This document shows positions 57,604-64,000 of a DNA stretch of 64,000 nt, in pieces. The notes beneath the pieces are model-generated. The model ran no database searches and was not told the origin of the DNA. It saw only the letters and a program-made list of their open reading frames with translations. Made by a program: the position numbers and the translations under genes. The first letter of the stretch is position 1, and the number at the start of each line of letters is the position of its first letter. The stretch is from a bacterium (GTDB taxonomy: Bacteria; Zhuqueibacterota; Zhuqueibacteria; Residuimicrobiales; Krinioviventaceae): contig CAXXFV010000003.1 of assembly GCA_963674595.2 (NCBI GenBank), forward strand, positions 96,001-160,000, given 5' to 3'.

Positions 57604-58719
57604 TTAGTCAAAAAAGACACCCAGGTCAGCTAACTCTTTCTCATCCATACTGGACAACGTAAATTGAGGAAGCGCATCGATCATGGGCACAGAATTAATT
57701 TCCAGTCCGTTGATGCTTATCATAAGACCTGATTTTGCTTCGTGTAAAAGTTCAATGGCCTTTCTGCCGAATCGTTGACCCAGGTTAATATCAAACGCAT
57801 TTGGGGCCAATCCTCTCAATGCAAATCCGATGTTTGAATGCCGGACACGGCTCAAACCAAGTCCGAGTCCCATAGCAAGCAGTCGCTGAATTATAATTCC
57901 GGCTCCGCCTAATTTAATATTACCATGAGGATCAAATTCCGGCTTTTCAGTCAGCATTGCTTTTAATATTCCGTCCGCTGCATCATCAGCTATGGCTTTT
58001 TTGTAAACCGGGTCATCCTGACTGAAATTAATGCCTTCAGAAACAACGATATTGGCATATTTTTTCGATTCATGTAACTCTTTTACCCGATCGATTAATT
58101 TTGACAATGAAAACCGTTTTTCAGGAACGAGAATAATATCAGCACCACTGGCAATTCCTGAAAAATAAGCCAGCCAGCCGGCCTTACGTCCCATAACTTC
58201 ATTCACAGAAATTCTGGTATGTGTTTCTGCTGAAACAGATGTGCTTCTGAAAGCCTTTGCAGCAAAATCTATGGCTGTATGCGCACCCAGCATCCAGTCG
58301 GTACCGCTAATATCATTATCTATACTTTTTGGAATTGCAATGATCGGAAAATCAATCTGGTGCACACCAAAAGCAGAATTGACTGTATCATTTCCACCTG
58401 TTGCAATAATAGCATCAACACCTAATTTTTTCAAATTACTTTTAATTTTTTCAGGCGCCCAGCTTTTATTTTTTTCAGTAAAAGGGGCAAAACGTGAAGA
58501 AGCCAATACAGTGCTGGGGGCGTCAAATATATTCAGTGCATCGTTATTTCCAAGTTCTACCATATAATTTTCAACATCATCGGCAGCCAAACCTTCAAAA
58601 GCATATCGAATTCCTATAAATGTATCATTATATTTATTTGCGCCATGAAGAATTGATCTGGCTATTGCAGAATTTATTCCTGCGCAATCGCCACCACCGG
58701 TTACAAATGCAATTTTCAA
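57604..58719 (-). CDS. pfkA: 6-phosphofructokinase family protein
   Basis: TGGGDCAGIN, GGNDT, PKSIDND, EVMGRKAGW. Confidence 0.9.
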   Translation of the reverse strand: MKIAFVTGGGDCAGINSAIARSILHGANKYNDTFIGIRYAFEGLAADDVENYMVELGNNDALNIFDAPSTVLASSRFAPFTEKNKSWAPEKIKSNLKKLGVDAIIATGGNDTVNSAFGVHQIDFPIIAIPKSIDNDISGTDWMLGAHTAIDFAAKAFRSTSVSAETHTRISVNEVMGRKAGWLAYFSGIASGADIILVPEKRFSLSKLIDRVKELHESKKYANIVVSEGINFSQDDPVYKKAIADDAADGILKAMLTEKPEFDPHGNIKLGGAGIIIQRLLAMGLGLGLSRVRHSNIGFALRGLAPNAFDINLGQRFGRKAIELLHEAKSGLMISINGLEINSVPMIDALPQFTLSSMDEKELADLGVFFD

Positions 58720-59207
58720 AGAAACCCTCCTTTTTTAATAAAAAAAAAGTTGACGAACATAATTTAAAGGAATATAGAAAAAACATGTAAAATGAAAAAG
58801 GCTTTTTTTGTGTTTCCCCGTGATAAAACAAAGGCGCCCCCCCTTCATGCGAGCGCCCATATGTCCTCCCGAAACTCCCCTAAAAAAGATGTTTTATTAC
58901 GTAAGGTACGCAATAAAACATCGAATTGAGGTAACCCACCAGTCCCTCGTACGCCTATAGACCCCCAAGAAGAAGGAAAGTATGTCAACCTTCTATAATA
59001 AAAGTGTGGGAATTAAACTAAATAGTCTCAAAAAAAAATTAGTTTATCTTATAAAAAGTACTTTTTTTTATAACCACTAAAATTTTAACGTACCAAAAAA
59101 ATATTCAAAAAATCATTGATTTTTTTATATTTAATCACTAAAATAGGCCATTAGGTTATCTAAAATATCTGAGCAACAACAAATGTTAGAGGGCAAAAAT
59201 CAAAAAC

Positions 59208-59822
59208 TTGTCTTTACAACAACTATTGGTGTATTGTACAGATAACCATTCTCCATACTGGCAAAATGCGTGGAATGAGTTTATAAACAGGTATAAAAAT
59301 TACATCTACAAAATTGTTATCAGAGTTTGCAACGATTGGCATATCGAGCGGTTACAATGTCAAAAATCAGACTTTATTAACGATATTGTCTCTGAAATTT
59401 TTTTAGAATTGTTTAAAAATGATGCCAGGGTATTAAAAAGCTATAAAAATCTGGACCAGGAACATTTATTTTTAATTTGGTTATCAACACTTTCCACACG
59501 AATGGCCCGGCGGAATATTGAAAAACATTTTCGCAATGATACCATTTTGACCGATTGGGACGATTTTAAATCTTTTCGTGAATATTTACAGCCGGATTTG
59601 TGTTGGGAACTATATGATATGACTGTGAATATTTTGCGTGAAAAGCATAACAGCGAAAACAAAGAACGTGATATTCACATTTTTATGTTATATACCTGGA
59701 GTAATTTCTCTAACGATATTATTCACAAACTGCCGTTTTTTAAATTTTTGGGTAAAAGAGTGATCGATAATGTTGTAAATCGACTGCGAAATACGATACG
59801 TAAGGAAAGAAAGACATTTTAA
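59208..59822 (+). CDS. ECF-type sigma factor (divergent)
   Basis: AWNEFINRYKNYIYKIV, DIVSEIFLELF, FLIWLSTLSTR (region 2 pattern). Confidence 0.65.
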   Translation: MSLQQLLVYCTDNHSPYWQNAWNEFINRYKNYIYKIVIRVCNDWHIERLQCQKSDFINDIVSEIFLELFKNDARVLKSYKNLDQEHLFLIWLSTLSTRMARRNIEKHFRNDTILTDWDDFKSFREYLQPDLCWELYDMTVNILREKHNSENKERDIHIFMLYTWSNFSNDIIHKLPFFKFLGKRVIDNVVNRLRNTIRKERKTF

Positions 59823-59898
59823 TTGAGAGAAAACAATTATTATATGTCACTAACTTATGTAAGCACAATAATACTCTCATTTAAAAAAAGGATATAAA

Positions 59899-60336
59899 AT
59901 GTCAGAAACAGTTATTCAAGAAAAAAACCTAAGTTTAGGAATGGCTCTGGCATATATTGAGGCAGAAGAATTTCACGATCAGTTAATCGACAAAAGTAAC
60001 TTTACCCAAAATGACGCTGACTTTTACCGCGATATCAAATCTCAATTTGCCGCACTGAAAAAAGACACACCAAAAATACAATTATATAAAATGATTCCTC
60101 AACATCGGTGCAATTCACTAGAGCCCTTTGTAAAAAATAACAAGCAGTTTTTCCTCGCTTATATTATGACAAATAACATTTATTTTAACAATGAATTTGC
60201 AGACAAAACGATGGAACATTTAAATAATTGTTATTGGTGTTTTGAAACATTTTTTAGTACAATGCAGGAATATTATGTAACATCATCTAATCTTATTTCT
60301 GAACGTATAAAGGGGGAACCTGAAAATGGAAAGTGA
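59899..60336 (+). CDS. Hypothetical protein with ZAS-like HxxxCxxC motif
   Basis: EHLNNCYWCF; AAGGA RBS. Confidence 0.6.
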   Translation: MSETVIQEKNLSLGMALAYIEAEEFHDQLIDKSNFTQNDADFYRDIKSQFAALKKDTPKIQLYKMIPQHRCNSLEPFVKNNKQFFLAYIMTNNIYFNNEFADKTMEHLNNCYWCFETFFSTMQEYYVTSSNLISERIKGEPENGK

Positions 60337-61411
60337 ATTAAAAATATATCAAATCATTCAGCAGTATATTACAGATAAAACAAAAAAACCGGAGCCATCT
60401 TTACAAAATTCCGATGGCAGCACTCTGTTTTTTATTTTGGAAATGATAGATTCCTGTAAAACAAAGGGTGAACTCTATGTTACAAAAGATCAGCACGTCC
60501 CTTTATCTGTAACAGAATCTGAAAATTTGATTTTAAAAATTCTTTCTCAGGATTTTGACAAAGAAACCTGCCAAAAATTTTTAGCCCAGTTATATTATTC
60601 GTTTGAATTTTTTCAAAAATTGTGTTATGTACATAATGTAAAAATAAAAGCGGAAAATGCAACTCTAGTTGACCATGAAATTCAAACTCTATCCGATCAC
60701 GAACTCTATATAAAATTGTTTCAAAAAAACCAAAAACAAAATTCATTTTCACTGGCACTTGAAAAAACAAAAATTATTATTGCAAATCTTTTCCCAACAT
60801 TTAAACCGGCCTACGCTATTGGAGTTGTAGCTGCAGCGCTCTTTTTCATTTGGATTTTTCAGCCATCTTCCGGGACGAATAAAATATACGACACTTATTT
60901 TGGAAAAATGAATACGCCCTACGAATATCAAAATACAAATCTACGAGGTCACATTAATATTGCAGATCAGTCACCCGTGTTAGATAATTTGAAATATAAT
61001 TTTAAACAAGGGATGGCAGATTATGTAAACCAAAATTACAGTTCAGCCGTTGATCAATTTAATATTGTTTCACAACCGGCAGACTCTGTTTATGCAAACG
61101 ATAAAGATAGTAAAATAGATATACTTGGTGATTATTATTTCTATTACGGACTATGTTATTTAGCACAAGTTAGAACAAAAAATAAAACAGAGCAAAGAGA
61201 ATTGTTGAAAATGTCCTCCAGGCTTTTAGAAAAAGCTAAAAAATATGCAAAAAATAATGGGGACGCCAAAGAGCACTTTTTTCTAGGACTAAGTTATGCA
61301 ATGTTGGATGAAACGAAAAAAGCACGTACCGAGTTGGAAAAAATTTCAGGTTCATCCGTATTTTCACAACCAAGTTTAAACATGTTAAAAACACTTAAAC
61401 CGGGAGATTAA
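60326..61411 (+). CDS. Anti-sigma-like single-TM protein with periplasmic TPR domain
   Basis: TM AYAIGVVAAALFFIWIF; NLRG; TPR YFYYGLCYL and HFFLGLSYAML. Confidence 0.65.
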   Translation: MESELKIYQIIQQYITDKTKKPEPSLQNSDGSTLFFILEMIDSCKTKGELYVTKDQHVPLSVTESENLILKILSQDFDKETCQKFLAQLYYSFEFFQKLCYVHNVKIKAENATLVDHEIQTLSDHELYIKLFQKNQKQNSFSLALEKTKIIIANLFPTFKPAYAIGVVAAALFFIWIFQPSSGTNKIYDTYFGKMNTPYEYQNTNLRGHINIADQSPVLDNLKYNFKQGMADYVNQNYSSAVDQFNIVSQPADSVYANDKDSKIDILGDYYFYYGLCYLAQVRTKNKTEQRELLKMSSRLLEKAKKYAKNNGDAKEHFFLGLSYAMLDETKKARTELEKISGSSVFSQPSLNMLKTLKPGD

Positions 61412-61413
61412 AT

Positions 61414-61557
61414 ATGGAAGTAATCCATTTAATACTTGAAATCGTTATTCTCATTTTACTGATAGTCGTTTTATCAAAACTATCTAATTGCAAGAGTACT
61501 GGTGGTGCAGCAACAAGAGATGAAGTTCCACCGCCATCACAACCAACAGGTGGTTAA
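61414..61557 (+). CDS. Small peptide (47 aa), not in ORF track
   Basis: GGGAG RBS; MEVIHLILEIVILILLIVVLSKLSNCKSTGGAATRDEVPPPSQPTGG*. Confidence 0.6.
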   Translation: MEVIHLILEIVILILLIVVLSKLSNCKSTGGAATRDEVPPPSQPTGG

Positions 61558-61637
61558 TATTTTATTCAATAAGTAAATAAACAAAAATAACAACTTTTCT
61601 CCTGCTCTGTTTTCTATTCTTTTTGGTTATAACTTTC

Positions 61638-64000
61638 ATGCTGCTGATTTTAAATACAACGGGTAATAATAATTTTAAAAAAAATCATTCACGAATTATT
61701 ATTATTTTATTTCTAATTTTTTACACCTCCCTGTCTTTTTCATTCGAAAATTTTAAAAATTATTATCAGGAACTTGACAAACAAAAAGCTCCCGGCGAAA
61801 GAATATCCACCCTGCTTGACATTATAAAAACATCACCTCAGCAGGAAAGGGCATATACTGATCTTTTACATTCCTGCCAAACAAACGCGGATAGGGATTC
61901 TGTTTTAATTTTTATTAAAAATTTATCCCCTTCACCATACAGCTCCTTTGTTCAGGCCCGAATATATGAAAAAATTAATGATAATGACACAGCATTGCGG
62001 TTTTATTTAAACAGTGTCAGGACCGAACAGGTAATACCATACATTGTTTACTATTTTATGCAATTCATTAACAAAACAGACACGGATGTTACCAATATCA
62101 TTGAGACGTTTTCACTTGAGAATAAAAATTTGGCAAGGGCATTTTTATATCTTTTCCAGCAAAACTATATTAAAGCAAGTGAATATTTTGCTAAAGCCAA
62201 CAACAACAATACGTTTGTTATGGAACAATATGCTTTCTCGGAATGGAAGTTGGGGCATTATAACAAAGCGGATTCACTCTTGCAGGCAGGACTTTTTGAC
62301 GCAATAAAAACAAAGGATACTGCGGCTCAAGTCCTTTTACAAACAAAACAAGGCTATTTTTTATCATTACGTGGAAACATGGATAAAGCACTTGTTTTAC
62401 ACCAGCAGGCCCTGAAAACGGCTCAAAGCATCAGTGCCCCACATCTTTTATCAAGAATTGATAATAATATTGGTGTGGTTTATTACATGCAAAGCCGTTA
62501 TTCACAAGCATTGCCGTATTTTCAACAGGCAATAAAAAACAGCGGTCTTTTTGATGATGATTGGAAATGCCGATATTATATCAATCTGGGTATGACCTGT
62601 AAAATGATGGCACAATATAGCCAGGCCCTGACGGCTTATAATATGGCTGAAGATTTGGCCCGCCAAAATAATGACAAACAGCAAATCGCATCTGCAAATA
62701 TGAACAAGGGTGATTTGTATCTTTTATTAAAATTGAACAATTTGGCCAAAACCAGTTATGAAACGGCTCAAAACAATTTTCAAGCAAATGATAAAAACTA
62801 TTACAAAATTCAGGCAAAACTTGTTGAATTTGCTATTCAACGGGGGCAATATGCAAAAGCTGAAAAAGAAATAAAAAACTATATTGCATCTCTGGGTCCG
62901 ACACAAAATGTGGAAAATGCCTACTGGAATTACCGCATTGCCGGGCTCTATGAAAAACAAAAAGAATATTCACTCGCTGAAAAACAATTAAACAAATCCA
63001 TAGAACTTGCACGAAAAGCAAACTCGTCCGATTATCAGAATATTTACTCCTTTCAACTTGTAAAACTCTTGCTCAAACAAAACAATGCAGAACAAGCTTT
63101 AACGTTACTAAATAACATCCCCCGGGAACATGATCTGAATGATCATAACAAACGCTGGTTTCATTATTATTATGGGCAAGCCCTTTCCCAAACCGGGCAA
63201 ACAGACAAGGCGATTTTTCATTACAAACAGGCGGCTGTTCTTGCAGAAAAAACTTTGGAACAACTAAGCCTGGAGGAACTGGAAATCGGCTTTTTAGCAC
63301 CCAACAGTCAAATTTATAAAAACCTGTCAGTCTGTTATTTTCAAAAATATCAGCAGCAACAAAAAGCGGTATTCATAGACAGTTTGTATTATTTTGAAGA
63401 AATGAGCCGGTTACGGGTTTTTAAAGATAACATTAATGATGTTTTAAAAAATCATCAGGTAAATAAAACGATATTAAAAGATTATGAAACAGCCAAAGAA
63501 AACCTTCAACATACTATTTTTAACCTCCGATCTAATTCCGGACAAGAGTTATCAGAAAAACAATGGGACCTGAAGATAGGTGAGTTTGAAACAGCTAAAC
63601 GTTCATTTTTAGCCCAAAAATTAAAATTGTACAATACCAAAAAGAAAAAAAATATTTCCAAACAAAAAACATACTCGGTTAAAGATTTACAACACTATGT
63701 AACCAAAAACAATTGCGGGGTGCTATTATACCATATCCACGATAACGCTTCTTTTGTATTATGTATCACACCGGATACAACAAAAATTGTGCAACTGGAT
63801 ATCAATATGGAATCTTTAAAAGCCAGGACAGATTCTCTTATATTGCCCTTTTTTAAAATTAAGGAAAATAATTTATCCGACATTCCCTATCGGGCATCAT
63901 TGGCCTATCAACTCTATTTACAGCTTTTTCAGCCACTCGAAAGAGCCGTTTCGTTACCAAACAAACTTTTTATCGTGCCGGACAATTTATTGTTAAACAT
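61638..64000 (+). CDS. TPR-repeat + CHAT (caspase-like protease) protein, partial (runs off window)
   Basis: Start (ATG 61638) and end segments are in the same frame; N-terminal hydrophobic segment, TPRs (NNIGVVYY, NLGMTC), and start of CHAT: LAYQLYLQLFQPL...LFIVPDNLL. Confidence 0.8.
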   Translation, partial: MLLILNTTGNNNFKKNHSRIIIILFLIFYTSLSFSFENFKNYYQELDKQKAPGERISTLLDIIKTSPQQERAYTDLLHSCQTNADRDSVLIFIKNLSPSPYSSFVQARIYEKINDNDTALRFYLNSVRTEQVIPYIVYYFMQFINKTDTDVTNIIETFSLENKNLARAFLYLFQQNYIKASEYFAKANNNNTFVMEQYAFSEWKLGHYNKADSLLQAGLFDAIKTKDTAAQVLLQTKQGYFLSLRGNMDKALVLHQQALKTAQSISAPHLLSRIDNNIGVVYYMQSRYSQALPYFQQAIKNSGLFDDDWKCRYYINLGMTCKMMAQYSQALTAYNMAEDLARQNNDKQQIASANMNKGDLYLLLKLNNLAKTSYETAQNNFQANDKNYYKIQAKLVEFAIQRGQYAKAEKEIKNYIASLGPTQNVENAYWNYRIAGLYEKQKEYSLAEKQLNKSIELARKANSSDYQNIYSFQLVKLLLKQNNAEQALTLLNNIPREHDLNDHNKRWFHYYYGQALSQTGQTDKAIFHYKQAAVLAEKTLEQLSLEELEIGFLAPNSQIYKNLSVCYFQKYQQQQKAVFIDSLYYFEEMSRLRVFKDNINDVLKNHQVNKTILKDYETAKENLQHTIFNLRSNSGQELSEKQWDLKIGEFETAKRSFLAQKLKLYNTKKKKNISKQKTYSVKDLQHYVTKNNCGVLLYHIHDNASFVLCITPDTTKIVQLDINMESLKARTDSLILPFFKIKENNLSDIPYRASLAYQLYLQLFQPLERAVSLPNKLFIVPDNLLLN

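Noticed and set aside
62044-63883. Several short ORFs in the last 2 kb
   Set aside because: They overlap the long TPR-CHAT frame starting at 61638, which the track probably missed because it has no stop in the window.

Overview
AT-rich bacterial window, probably from an FCB-related lineage such as KSB1 or Calditrichota (inferred only from several secreted proteins with 'NYPNPFN' FlgD-Ig/T9SS-like C-terminal domains). It has three parts. (1) 1-15.9 kb is the downstream part of a CRISPR-Cas locus, probably type III (cas10/csm/cmr are not in the window). In order: a partial CARF gene, an uncharacterised 4-TM protein plus vWA lipoprotein pair, cas6, array 1 (24 repeats, with an IS3 inserted in a spacer), card1/can2, a 990-aa RT-TPR-primase/polymerase fusion (CART-CAPP type), cas1, cas2 and array 2 (48 repeats, with a 10-spacer duplication). 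(2) 15.9-36.5 kb is a defective prophage. Its portal gene is cut at a diverged terminal CRISPR repeat, a complete integron (IntI, attI, 2 attC cassettes) plus CRISPR-repeat-like units sits between terL and the portal gene, it carries a ParB/ABC-GNAT/formyltransferase module, and its right end interrupts a tRNA-Gly gene. (3) 36.5-64 kb is host backbone: miaA, mutL, a partial BMC locus, radC, peptidases, pfk, and an ECF sigma/anti-sigma/small peptide/TPR-CHAT cluster running off the end. All calls come from reading motifs by eye; no database searches were run.
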